The notes beneath the pieces were generated by a model, which saw only the letters and a list, made by a program, of their open reading frames with translations, was not told the origin of the DNA and did not search any database. Both the position numbers and the translations under genes were made by a program. A stretch of DNA of 64,000 bases from Candidatus Woesearchaeota archaeon (GTDB lineage Archaea > Nanobdellota > Nanobdellia > SCGC-AAA011-G17 > UBA489). The stretch spans positions 751-64,750 of the forward strand of contig JABIKK010000009.1 in the NCBI GenBank assembly GCA_018655015.1, read 5' to 3'. Below are positions 20,541 through 29,974 of the stretch, piece by piece. How positions within the stretch are numbered: the stretch's first letter is position 1; every line of letters begins with the position of its first letter.

Positions 20541-21044
20541 TTAAATTGCACTCTTTAGGTATACTGAAAGGGTTTTTCCCTTCGCTCTTCTTTCAACAAT
20601 TCCTTTCTTTTCAAATCTTGAAAGAATGTCACTTAACTTAGATTTAGATAAATCTGTTCTTAATCTTAGTGTGAATTGAGTTATTCCTGGCTGATCTTTT
20701 ACTGCTTTGATTACTTTTAATTCATTCTCATCTAACATTAGTTCGACTATCTTCCATCTTTCATCGCTGGAAAGATCTTGTTTTTGTTGTTCTAGTTTTT
20801 TTAACCAGAATTCTTCTCCCCTGCTAAATATTAGTAAGTAGAATGCTAATGAGAACATTGCGAAAATTAATCCTATTCCTAAATGTGAAGAGTTTAGTAC
20901 AAATGATGCTTGAGAACACTCTTCTGTTTGGAAACACCCTTCTGAATTAGAAGAATCTTTTGTTTCTACTATGAAATTTATTAGAACTAAACCAATAATT
21001 ATTGAAAATACAAGAATGGTAGCACCTAGTTTTTTTTGATTCAT
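20541..21044 (-). CDS. Membrane-anchored winged-HTH regulator (same architecture as 18603-19076)
   Basis: Two TM helices around CFQTEEC; LDENELKVI...GITQFTLRLRTDLSKSKLSDILSRFEKKGIVERR. Confidence 0.8.
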   Translation of the reverse strand: MNQKKLGATILVFSIIIGLVLINFIVETKDSSNSEGCFQTEECSQASFVLNSSHLGIGLIFAMFSLAFYLLIFSRGEEFWLKKLEQQKQDLSSDERWKIVELMLDENELKVIKAVKDQPGITQFTLRLRTDLSKSKLSDILSRFEKKGIVERRAKGKTLSVYLKSAI

Positions 21045-21092
21045 CTAGTATTTTTTGTTGTTTTTGCTATTTAAAACTAACCTTAAACAAAA

Positions 21093-21914
21093 ATGTTTAT
21101 AAATAATGGTGAATTTGACTTTTTAGAGGGGTGTACTGTGACATTTGTAGATTATGTGATATTTGCTAAGGATTATTTCCTGAGTGAGATATTTCCTCGT
21201 TTTCTAGAAATGATCTTTGTTACAATTCAAAAGAAAGAAACCCTAGAGATTTTGATCCCATTATTGATTACATTGTTTTTAATTCAGCTTTATTTTGGAA
21301 GGAATAAGGATGAACAAATTGGATGGAATACGGCCTATGCTAATTGTATTGTATTACTTTTCGTTACTGCCCACTTAGGCACTTATGTTTATGAACAGTA
21401 TGGATTAGATGCATTTTACAATCTTGGAAGCACAGCTTATTACAAAACTTTGTTTGTTTTAATATTGGGACTAGTTGCATTAAGTTTGATGTTTATAGAT
21501 TACTTCCATTCAATTGATGAAAGGTTCTCTTTTTTGATGAGTAGTTCTATATTCATAGATGTAATTTCATTTATTGGTATTGTTTTAGTTTATAGTAGTA
21601 TAGAATTTGATTGGATTACACTTTACGCTTCAATTTTTATATTTTTATTAGTTATTGTATTTTTTAAGATATTGAGGGCATTAGTTCCCCCTTCTGAATC
21701 AGCTGAAAAATATTTAGAAGAAAAAGAAGAAGAAAAAGAAGAGAGACTTAGATTAGTTAGACATAATATACTTGTTAAACAAAACAGATTTAGAAGGAAG
21801 TTTGAATGGGTTATGATTGCTGATAGGAAACTCGTTAACTGGGTTAGAAGAAGAAAGAATAAACTTAAAGAAAGTTGGGAAACTATCTTCGGCAGTAAAA
21901 AAGGTTTTAATTAA
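21093..21914 (+). CDS. Hypothetical multi-pass membrane protein
   Basis: About six hydrophobic helices, GWNTAYAN motif, charged C-terminal tail. Confidence 0.75.
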   Translation: MFINNGEFDFLEGCTVTFVDYVIFAKDYFLSEIFPRFLEMIFVTIQKKETLEILIPLLITLFLIQLYFGRNKDEQIGWNTAYANCIVLLFVTAHLGTYVYEQYGLDAFYNLGSTAYYKTLFVLILGLVALSLMFIDYFHSIDERFSFLMSSSIFIDVISFIGIVLVYSSIEFDWITLYASIFIFLLVIVFFKILRALVPPSESAEKYLEEKEEEKEERLRLVRHNILVKQNRFRRKFEWVMIADRKLVNWVRRRKNKLKESWETIFGSKKGFN

Positions 21915-23789
21915 TTATTCTAATGGTACTTCGGACCAGAGAGTCCAATCATCTTTTGATGGAGCATAACTTCCTACAATAAAGCTTGGTGACTGTGTTC
22001 TTCCGAAGTAAGAGCCGGCTACATCTGTCCAAGTTTTAGAAGTTCCATCAACTCTGTAAATTGGTGATCTTCCCGCCATTAATGCTGAGGACCATGCTCT
22101 GTGTAATTGTTTTTCTCTTTGCCCTCCTGGCTCTGCGATCATCTTTCCTTTGTAATCTTCTTCCTTTAGTATCTTGAAGAATTCTTGAATTGGAGTGTTA
22201 CCTTCACCGATTTCAATGTGTTCGTCATGGTAACCAAAATTATCCGATAAGTGAACATGGCCAATTATTTTATCTTTTACTAATCCCCTAACGTTTTTAT
22301 CCATCCATTTTGCAAAGCCTTTATCTTTGTCTTCGCCAGGCTTAGCCTTGTAGTATTTCTTCCACATGTTTAAGTGACCGATATCAAATGTCCCTTTGAT
22401 GTGTTCTTCTGCAATTTTTGCAGCTTGGTGATTGCTTAAACTTGTATTTTGCCTTTGAAGATATTCCTGCATCCTATCTCTAGATTTAGAAATTACTTTT
22501 CTGTATTCTTTTGGATGTGAACCATACATTTCAACTGCCCAATTTTCTGGGGCAACGTATAAAGGTTTTTTTAATTTCTTTTTCTTTTCAATTTCAAACG
22601 CATTCATTGCGGCTTGTGCAATTGTATCTGCTTCTTTATCAACACCATAATTGCTAATTTCTTCATATGCGGCAATATCTTCTTCTTCTTTTTCAATCTG
22701 CCTTGTGTATCCGATTACACCTGTTTCAAATATTTTCTTTTGTTGTTTGTAATATTCTACCTTTTCCTTAAGAAATTTTTCTGGATTTTCATTCATATCC
22801 TTCATTTCCTCTAAAGAAATTGCTTCTCCCCTTCTTGCTGATTCGGCTTGACCCTGTTTTAATATATCATGAATCATTGATTGTGAGGCTTTACCATCCT
22901 TTGCTTCTTGGAATTCTTTTAACATCTTGCCATATTCTTTTTCTCTTTTGCCTAATCTTTTTGTAGAATCCATATATTCTTCTCTTCTTGCATAGGATTC
23001 TTCGCTTTGGGGTTTCTTTATTTCACTGAAGAAAAAGTTAAAGTGATTTTTGTATTTCTTTTGATCTTTATCTGTTAATTTCTTGAATTCATCTTCCATA
23101 TCATCAATCGTTTTTGCTTCAACTTTGTAGTATCTCTCATCATCATCCAATTCATATTCTCCTGTTCTCTTTCCCTTGTCATCTAGAACTGGAACTGGGA
23201 GAAATACGCTGTCTTCTCTACTAATTTGTTGTATTCTTCCTGTTTTTTTATCAACGAAAAATAATGGTGCTTTTTGTTTTTCTTCTTTGTAACTTTCAAA
23301 TTCTCCTTCTTTAGCTCCCTCTTTTACACCAGCATCATAAACAGGTCTTTGGAATCCATCTATATGAAATACAACAGGTCCACCACCTGCGACATCTGCT
23401 GCAAACTCTGAAGTTCTAGACATTTCATCAATTGCTTTTTGTCTTGCTTCGTCTGAAAAGTTTTGTCCTGTAAAACCTGAGAAAGATCCTCCGCCACCAC
23501 CCATATTTGGCGTTGCGTGAATTGTAACATCTACTTCGTTAACTCTTGCCAACTCCTTCATTTCTTGTCTTTCGGTTTTAGTCCATGCTTCGGGAGATCC
23601 TTTTTGTTGACTTTTTCCTGGAGAATTAAAGAAGGTTAGCTCCATGTCGTTGGTTCCCATAAAAATTCCCGCTTTTAAATTCTTTAATGGGTCTCCGCCT
23701 AGAGAGTAACCTAGTTGAGAAGGATTTAGTTTAACTGTTTCCCTCTCTTTCTTGTTTAGTGAATTCCAATAATCTGTGTTGAAAATCAT
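21915..23789 (-). CDS. Xylose isomerase-like/AP endonuclease 2 TIM barrel with large helical insertion
   Basis: TIHA, VVFH, PENW, TFDIGH, HVHLSDNFG..DEH...GEG, IAE; ~270 aa charged insert between FH and EN. Confidence 0.75.
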   Translation of the reverse strand: MIFNTDYWNSLNKKERETVKLNPSQLGYSLGGDPLKNLKAGIFMGTNDMELTFFNSPGKSQQKGSPEAWTKTERQEMKELARVNEVDVTIHATPNMGGGGGSFSGFTGQNFSDEARQKAIDEMSRTSEFAADVAGGGPVVFHIDGFQRPVYDAGVKEGAKEGEFESYKEEKQKAPLFFVDKKTGRIQQISREDSVFLPVPVLDDKGKRTGEYELDDDERYYKVEAKTIDDMEDEFKKLTDKDQKKYKNHFNFFFSEIKKPQSEESYARREEYMDSTKRLGKREKEYGKMLKEFQEAKDGKASQSMIHDILKQGQAESARRGEAISLEEMKDMNENPEKFLKEKVEYYKQQKKIFETGVIGYTRQIEKEEEDIAAYEEISNYGVDKEADTIAQAAMNAFEIEKKKKLKKPLYVAPENWAVEMYGSHPKEYRKVISKSRDRMQEYLQRQNTSLSNHQAAKIAEEHIKGTFDIGHLNMWKKYYKAKPGEDKDKGFAKWMDKNVRGLVKDKIIGHVHLSDNFGYHDEHIEIGEGNTPIQEFFKILKEEDYKGKMIAEPGGQREKQLHRAWSSALMAGRSPIYRVDGTSKTWTDVAGSYFGRTQSPSFIVGSYAPSKDDWTLWSEVPLE

Positions 23790-23826
23790 GTGATTATTAT
23801 AATTTTAAAACTAATAATTGTTTTGG

Positions 23827-25281
23827 TTACTCTGTTAGGAGTTTGTTTTGTTTTTTGAATATGTAATAAGCTAAGTAAGAGTCAACTTCTGCCATTTTTT
23901 TAGCTGCGCCCTTTTCTGATTCGTTTACTTTTTTACCTTTAAAAGTAAGATCGACACCGGATATTTCCTTGAAGAAATCTCCTAGGGCTACAAACGGTTC
24001 TAGGAAGCCCTTTCTCAAATTCATTCTTTCTTTCTTTTCTTTAGGTTTCTTCTTTTTATGGATTTCAAAGGCACCACCAGCTTTTTCTAAGTAGTATGAC
24101 AACTCTTCTCTTAGTGCTTCTATTGATGAGTCTACCACTGAAAGTAATTCAAGATCTGATTCATATAATTGTTTTTGATACTCTTCGAGTTGGTCTTTGC
24201 TAAGAGCAATTCCATCAATTAATATTTCTGTCTGGCCTCTGTGGATTGCCCCTTTTTGGTAATCTGATTGGAAGGACATATCTGGCATTGCTACAAAGTT
24301 AACTCTAACTCTTGTTATAGGGAAAAAATCTTTGAAATCCTTAGTTATTTTTCCTCTTGGAGTTGATTTTTCATATTTGCTTCTTACTGCTAAGAATTCT
24401 ATTTCAACCTTTGAAGTCTCAAATGCTGCAAGGACATCTTTGTCAGTTGCAATACCATCTGTTTTCATCTGAAGACGTTTAATATTTTTTAAGTAAGGCC
24501 TTAACCAGTTTAGGTATAATCTAATTACTGAATAATGTTGTCTTAAGTATCCTAGTTTGAATTTTTGTCCAACTAAAAGTTCTTTGTAGGTTTTCTTTCT
24601 CCAAATTAAATATTGTTTTAATTTTCTTCCTAAAACCTCTCTTACTTTTTTATTTATTCCATGTGAATCTTTTAGTTTTTTTACTTCTCTTTCTACATCT
24701 GAATCTGTTTTTGGATGTATTGTGAAGAATAAATCTGCTAAAGCTGCAAATCCAACCTCTGAGGTTAAACCTAAAACTGAAGTTACATTTTTTATTCCAC
24801 CTTCAACTTGATCAATCCAAACTGATTTTAAGTGCACTTCCGAACTGGTTCCACCTTTGTTTGCGTCTTCATAGAATTCTAATCGTTCTTCCATTATTCT
24901 TAAATCTCTAAGTAATTGGAACATTGCTTTTATCATTCCACCAACACTTTGCATTATTTGTTGGAACTTATCGATCTGTGCACCCTTTCTTTGTTCAACC
25001 GCACCCCAGTATGATGAAGTTTCTCCTGCAGTGTAGATATCTTTTGTTTTGATTATTTTCCCCTCTGGTTCAACTAATCCTCTTCCGAAAGGTATCGGAT
25101 CTGTTAAAGCTCTTAGGACAGAAAAGTACTTTGCTTCTACACCTGTTTGTGCAGAGTCCATAACAATTCGATATTTAGCCTTTCCACCGAACTTGCCTTT
25201 TACAAGATTTTCAGTTGCAAACAAATCTTCTTCCTCTTCTGTTTCTTCTTCCTGTTTTTCCTCTTCTTTTAATTCTGGCAT
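23827..25281 (-). CDS. Hypothetical protein, 484 aa
   Basis: Long ORF with coiled-coil-like stretches; no motif recognised. Confidence 0.8.
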   Translation of the reverse strand: MPELKEEEKQEEETEEEEDLFATENLVKGKFGGKAKYRIVMDSAQTGVEAKYFSVLRALTDPIPFGRGLVEPEGKIIKTKDIYTAGETSSYWGAVEQRKGAQIDKFQQIMQSVGGMIKAMFQLLRDLRIMEERLEFYEDANKGGTSSEVHLKSVWIDQVEGGIKNVTSVLGLTSEVGFAALADLFFTIHPKTDSDVEREVKKLKDSHGINKKVREVLGRKLKQYLIWRKKTYKELLVGQKFKLGYLRQHYSVIRLYLNWLRPYLKNIKRLQMKTDGIATDKDVLAAFETSKVEIEFLAVRSKYEKSTPRGKITKDFKDFFPITRVRVNFVAMPDMSFQSDYQKGAIHRGQTEILIDGIALSKDQLEEYQKQLYESDLELLSVVDSSIEALREELSYYLEKAGGAFEIHKKKKPKEKKERMNLRKGFLEPFVALGDFFKEISGVDLTFKGKKVNESEKGAAKKMAEVDSYLAYYIFKKQNKLLTE

Positions 25282-25360
25282 AAAAATTTTCCTTCAATGG
25301 TTGTTACAAAAATCTTTTATATACTGAAACTTATAAATGTTGTCGTAAAGAGGTGTTAAA

Positions 25361-25741
25361 ATGGGGATATTTGGTAAATTATTTGGTCGAGGCCATGATG
25401 AAGTTAGTTCTGAATTACCTATGCTACCCGAAGGTGATCCTTGGGCTGCTGAACAAGGTTCTTGGGATAATCCAGGTTTAGCTGCAGAATCTAATCCTAA
25501 CTTAGGACAAAATAATCCAAATTTGGGACAGAATTGGGGTTCGAGAGCAAATGAAATGGAAAAGTATGATGTTCCTGATATGAATCCTCAGGTTAGTGGT
25601 GAAAGATTTTCTGGGAGTATTTCTCCTAAAGATATTCAATTAATAATGAGTAAGTTAGATTTGATTAGTAGCAGACTTGATAATTTAAGTAGAAGGCTGG
25701 AAGCATCTGAAATGGGAAAAAGAGAGAAAAATCTTTGGTAG
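25361..25741 (+). CDS. Hypothetical protein with N-terminal amphipathic helix and C-terminal coiled coil
   Basis: MGIFGKLFG; NPNLGQN twice; DIQLIMSKLDLISSRLDNLSRRLE; GAGGTG RBS. Confidence 0.75.
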   Translation: MGIFGKLFGRGHDEVSSELPMLPEGDPWAAEQGSWDNPGLAAESNPNLGQNNPNLGQNWGSRANEMEKYDVPDMNPQVSGERFSGSISPKDIQLIMSKLDLISSRLDNLSRRLEASEMGKREKNLW

Positions 25742-26125
25742 TTATTTCTTTTTGAGGATTATTAAGAATATTGCAAGTACTATTGCAATGTCCGCTATAT
25801 TGAATAAAGGGTAGTTGAATAGTTTGATGTCTATGAAGTCTATTACATGTCCTCGGAATATTCTGTCGAATAAATTTCCTAAAACACCTCCAAGTAGAAT
25901 GGATAATGCTAGTGGGTGTGATAAGAAGTATCTGTTGATGTAGAATATTACAACAAATGAAAAGATTATTAATAAAAAATTAGATCCTTGTAATAAGCCC
26001 CAGGCCGCACCAGTGTTGGTTATGTAATTATTATTGCTTATGAATGATAATTTTAGTAATTGATCTACTAGTAAAATTATTAATGCTAAGATATAACCTT
26101 GTTTCTTCTTAGTGATGTGAATCAT
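25742..26125 (-). CDS. lspA: Signal peptidase II (lipoprotein signal peptidase)
   Basis: DQLLK, NTGAAWG, GNLFDR..G.VIDFI, FNIADIAI. Confidence 0.9.
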   Translation of the reverse strand: MIHITKKKQGYILALIILLVDQLLKLSFISNNNYITNTGAAWGLLQGSNFLLIIFSFVVIFYINRYFLSHPLALSILLGGVLGNLFDRIFRGHVIDFIDIKLFNYPLFNIADIAIVLAIFLIILKKK

Positions 26126-26126
26126 T

Positions 26127-26627
26127 CTAGAATTTATGCATGCTTAAGTAACTCTTGATTTCATCCATTAGTAAATGTAGTTCTTCATACAAATGTCCCT
26201 CGTAATCTTCCATTTTGTGTCTAATTACAAATTTTTCATATAAGTTTCTTCCCGTTTCACCCACTGATTTTGCCATCTTTCCACTTGGATCTTTTTCAAA
26301 ATATGCAGTTAATCTCATCTCAATTGTTCCCTTGTCAGTTTTTATTTTTAATCCGTCTCTTTCTATTTCTACTTTTTTCATTCCGATTAAGAAGAAGTTT
26401 AGATCTATTACAAACTTAGCATAATTATCGACCATCTTCGAGCTTGTCCAATAAATCTTTAGATTATCTGCACCACCCATATCATACTTTTCATAGCCTT
26501 TTTCAGAGAAATCATAATCCATTACTTCAAACCATGAGAAAAGACGTTTGTAGAACTCTCCAAAGTCAAATAAAGAAACCTGTTTAATCTTTAGATTCTC
26601 ACAGAGATAAATTTTAGCACCACCCAT
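26127..26627 (-). CDS. Hypothetical protein (166 aa; start at MGGAKIY)
   Basis: The upstream part of the listed 261 aa ORF overlaps a divergent gene and an AT-rich intergenic region; ATG at 26625-26627. Confidence 0.7.
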   Translation of the reverse strand: MGGAKIYLCENLKIKQVSLFDFGEFYKRLFSWFEVMDYDFSEKGYEKYDMGGADNLKIYWTSSKMVDNYAKFVIDLNFFLIGMKKVEIERDGLKIKTDKGTIEMRLTAYFEKDPSGKMAKSVGETGRNLYEKFVIRHKMEDYEGHLYEELHLLMDEIKSYLSMHKF

Positions 26628-26721
26628 CTTGTAGAAATTGTTGGTTGGTTGATATATATAGGTTTTGGAAGTATTTTGAATAAGAATTAATCTTAAATAA
26701 TGTGAAAATTTTATTTTAATT

Positions 26722-27339
26722 ATGTCAGAAGACGTTGCTACTTTGGATTTATATTTTGGGCGTTTTAGTAATAGGGGTGTTGGAGAAGGCGATTTTGGAG
26801 ATCCAAACACATGGAAAAAGGGTCTTAGTGAAGCTTCAGTTAAATATGAAGGTAAAAGACGTCTTAAAGCAATGAGCAGAGTTTGGGAAGGATTAGAGTG
26901 GAGCTTATACAATGAACAGTTGGCACAGCCGCAAGACCATTCTCTCGATTTAAGTATCCTTGGAGGCCCTATTAAACGTTTGGTTACAGGTGAAAAAAGT
27001 GCTAGAGAATTTATTGCCCATGCTAGAGATAATTCATTTAAAACCTCAGATATAATAGTCTTAGATCATTGTATGCACGGATCCCTGTATTTCAAAAGAG
27101 GGATTAAATTTCCAGAAGTTACATCTGATAATGTGGGAGAGTTGCTTAATGTTTTAAGCGAATTTGAAGTTGAGATTGCTGACTGGTATTCAGGTTTCAC
27201 CCTACCAGTGCCGCCAAAAGTATTAGAAATTCAAAGAAATGCTACTCTGAATCGTGATAATCCAAATTTTGAAATTAGTGATGAGGATCTTCGATCTCTA
27301 AGAAAAGAAACTCTTAAACTTGCCTTAGAATATCGCTAA
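26722..27339 (+). CDS. Hypothetical protein
   Basis: 205 aa ORF convergent with cca. Confidence 0.65.
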   Translation: MSEDVATLDLYFGRFSNRGVGEGDFGDPNTWKKGLSEASVKYEGKRRLKAMSRVWEGLEWSLYNEQLAQPQDHSLDLSILGGPIKRLVTGEKSAREFIAHARDNSFKTSDIIVLDHCMHGSLYFKRGIKFPEVTSDNVGELLNVLSEFEVEIADWYSGFTLPVPPKVLEIQRNATLNRDNPNFEISDEDLRSLRKETLKLALEYR

Positions 27340-28577
27340 TTTAGAAGTACAATGCTCTTTACTCTAGAGGTTACTTCTTCCATTTGAAGTAGGTCTTTGA
27401 TATGGTTGCGGATATCGTTTGTTTTTCTCTTTTTTATTACATAATACTTCTTTAGTTTTCTATCTGTTTTAATTGGAGATTTATTTGATTTTTTGAATTG
27501 AATTAGGGCTTTTTTGTTGTCTGTTGGAGGACCATAGTGTTTGTAATCTATAGGTATTTTGTTTTTCTTAGTTACTATGTAATAAGTTGTTAATATTTCA
27601 TTGTAGTCGAAGATTGAGTCTATTACCTCATACTCATTGGAATGTTTGTTTATGAATTCAAATGCCTTTAATGCTTTAGCTCCAGATACATCTCTTTTTC
27701 CTTTAACTGGTTGAACTTCAATAATAGTTAGCTTGCCTTTTTTCTTTAATTTGTTAATGTTAATTGGTTGTTCTTCAAATAATGCTTCTGAAGGAGATTT
27801 TAAGAATCTCTTTGAGGATTTTATTATGTTGTTATATTGTTCTCTGCTCAATGCTGCAGCTGTGTTTCTATCTGGTTGAACGGGATCTATTACTATTAAT
27901 GGTGAAAGTTTTTTGGCCCAGTTTAATTTTTCTGCATCTTTTATTTTTCCAATAGTAGTTGTTGATTTCCACTTTGAAGCATTTTCTATGAATTTTTGGA
28001 ATGATCCGTACTTTGAAACAAGTATTTCTAAGACATACCCTGATGTTCCCTTAATGTAGGATTCAGCACCATAGAATTTATTTGCTTTAGCAAATACTTT
28101 TGCAAGTCTTATTTCATTTGCAAGTTTTGGTTTCTTCTTTGTTTGTGCGTTAACATATTTTACATGATGGAATGAAAAGTCTGTAATGTTCTTTGCTTGT
28201 TTTGCATTTGTTATTGCTAGAATTGGAACTATTTCTATAGTGTTTCCTTGAAAGTTTATTTGGAAATAATCTCTTGATCCGTGTACTCTGGATATTCTTG
28301 GAAATGATTTCTTAAGATGTTTATGTAGAATGTTTGAGAGTTCATCTGATTTTTTTGAGTATATGCTGTGATTAAATTTAACATAAATATCAATATCGTG
28401 TGTGTTTTTTAGCCAAGTGTTTTTTGCTCCTGAACCGCCCACTACTGCTTTGGCGTTAGGTATTTTTATTTTTGAAAGTATTTGTTTTTGTATTTCTTTA
28501 AGTCTTGAAATATCTTTTTTTGTTGGAGATACATCTAATAGAATGTTATTTAATACCTCTTTGTGTTTTTTAGTCAT
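27336..28577 (-). CDS. cca: CCA-adding tRNA nucleotidyltransferase, archaeal class I
   Basis: GGSGAKNTWL...DIDIYV, YGAESYIKG.SGY..EIL, IDPVQPDRNTAAALS. Confidence 0.9.
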   Translation of the reverse strand: MTKKHKEVLNNILLDVSPTKKDISRLKEIQKQILSKIKIPNAKAVVGGSGAKNTWLKNTHDIDIYVKFNHSIYSKKSDELSNILHKHLKKSFPRISRVHGSRDYFQINFQGNTIEIVPILAITNAKQAKNITDFSFHHVKYVNAQTKKKPKLANEIRLAKVFAKANKFYGAESYIKGTSGYVLEILVSKYGSFQKFIENASKWKSTTTIGKIKDAEKLNWAKKLSPLIVIDPVQPDRNTAAALSREQYNNIIKSSKRFLKSPSEALFEEQPININKLKKKGKLTIIEVQPVKGKRDVSGAKALKAFEFINKHSNEYEVIDSIFDYNEILTTYYIVTKKNKIPIDYKHYGPPTDNKKALIQFKKSNKSPIKTDRKLKKYYVIKKRKTNDIRNHIKDLLQMEEVTSRVKSIVLLN

Positions 28578-28628
28578 GGGTTGATTGGGGTGCGAATCTA
28601 TTTATAAATTGTTATTTCGGAAGAGATC

Positions 28629-28880
28629 TTAATTCTTATAAATATTTCTTCTGTGACCTATAATTGTTACTTGGATAGTCATTTCATTACTATTTATCTC
28701 TGCAATTACCCTATAATCTCCAACCCTTAATTTGTAATCTTCTCTTTTGGACAGTCTTTCAAAGAAATGTAATGGGTGCCCCTTGGTAGACATTATTTTG
28801 TTCCAAATTCTTCTTGATAAGGAGTATTCAAGTTTTTCTAAAAAATCTAATGCTTTAGTATCAAAGATAATGTTATACAT
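28629..28880 (-). CDS. RelE/ParE-family toxin
   Basis: YKLRVGDYRVI...IGHRRNIYK. Confidence 0.9.
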   Translation of the reverse strand: MYNIIFDTKALDFLEKLEYSLSRRIWNKIMSTKGHPLHFFERLSKREDYKLRVGDYRVIAEINSNEMTIQVTIIGHRRNIYKN

Positions 28881-29129
28881 CTAGAAGCCTAATCTTTCCC
28901 TTGCTTCTTTTTCCGTAAGAAAATTGCCTTTTTTTATTCGTTTTCTTGATTCCTCAATAGCAATTACTGCTTTTTTACTTAGTTCTGGATGCGTCTTAGC
29001 TTTTTTTAAAACATATAACATTTTTTTAATTACCTCATCATAACTTTCATTTTTATATTCCCTAAATCTATCTAACTGAGATTTAGTGCCTTCATGGAGT
29101 TTTATTGTGGTGATTTCTTTATTTACCAT
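28881..29129 (-). CDS. Cognate antitoxin (RHH-like N-terminus)
   Basis: TTIKLHEGTKSQLD...ESYDEVI; C-terminal KKGNFLTEKEARERLG; directly upstream of the toxin. Confidence 0.8.
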   Translation of the reverse strand: MVNKEITTIKLHEGTKSQLDRFREYKNESYDEVIKKMLYVLKKAKTHPELSKKAVIAIEESRKRIKKGNFLTEKEARERLGF

Positions 29130-29136
29130 AGTATAC

Positions 29137-29150
29137 TTAGGTATACCTAA
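29137..29150. promoter_or_regulatory. Palindromic operator upstream of the TA operon
   Basis: Perfect palindrome TTAGGTATACCTAA 7 nt upstream of the antitoxin ATG; GTATAC also at 29131-29136. Confidence 0.6.
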
Positions 29151-29270
29151 TATATTTAACTCTTTTCTTTTTGAAAATATTGCGAAATTGGCCTCCCAAG
29201 ATAATAGATTTCATAAAATTTACAGAAAAAATATAACAAGTCACTTTAAAGTTAGATCTAGAAAGCTAGT

Positions 29271-29687
29271 ATGACATTTTTGGGTGATTATTCACTTTCG
29301 AGAGGAAAGTGGTTTGGAGGTTTTGGCTTAACCGCTCTTCTGGCAACTGGATTGATTAAGAGCAGTTACTTTGATCCTGTGATTTCCCCTGAAGAAAAAC
29401 CTCCTGTAATTGTTAAAGAGAATGAAAAGGTGAGGGCCCTTATTGAACTAAGTGAAATTTACAATAGAGGCTTTGGATTTGAAGGAGGAGATTTAATTGA
29501 ATATACCGGACTTGAAGATGTTGACTCATTTGTTTCTAGCTGGAAAAATTTGCCAAGAGGAGAACGATATGATGTACTAAGTTCTTTGGTTAAATCACAA
29601 TTAAGAGATACTGGTTATGATATGAGAGATTTTACAAGGGAAAATCTTGGAGACGCTATGTTCTTTATGTTGGGGGGTGGGCCTTAA
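29271..29687 (+). CDS. Hypothetical membrane-anchored protein
   Basis: N-terminal hydrophobic segment; first gene of a stop/start-coupled run. Confidence 0.65.
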   Translation: MTFLGDYSLSRGKWFGGFGLTALLATGLIKSSYFDPVISPEEKPPVIVKENEKVRALIELSEIYNRGFGFEGGDLIEYTGLEDVDSFVSSWKNLPRGERYDVLSSLVKSQLRDTGYDMRDFTRENLGDAMFFMLGGGP

Positions 29688-29974
29688 TGGGATTCTTTGA
29701 AGGTTTTGGTAGAGCCATGTTTTATGGAGGAATTTTTATTTCCGGTTATGCTGTTAGTGGATGCATTAGGGAAGATCCACGTTATGACATAGTAAGATAT
29801 GAAGAAAAACCTTTTTTGATTGATAAAAAATTAAGTGAAAGGGTTGAAATTAAGAATGAAAATGGAAAGTTGCAACTTGGCGATTTAGAGTATAGGATTG
29901 AAGGTGTTCTTGAAGATGACAGGATGGTGGATTGTGTTAATTCCTTGAAGGGTAAATGGGGTGTTAAAGAATGA
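29687..29974 (+). CDS. Hypothetical protein, possible lipoprotein
   Basis: GYAVSGC lipobox-like; TAATG coupling. Confidence 0.6.
   Translation: MGFFEGFGRAMFYGGIFISGYAVSGCIREDPRYDIVRYEEKPFLIDKKLSERVEIKNENGKLQLGDLEYRIEGVLEDDRMVDCVNSLKGKWGVKE

Noticed and set aside
25493-25534. Tandem NPNLGQN repeat (similarly APSAP twice in dsbA, ~20217-20253)
   Set aside because: Two-copy low-complexity linker duplications within coding sequence; no sign of a separate function.
26628-26912. N-terminal extension of the listed 261-aa ORF
   Set aside because: It overlaps the divergent 26722 gene and an AT-rich promoter-like region; the ATG at 26627 is the more plausible start.
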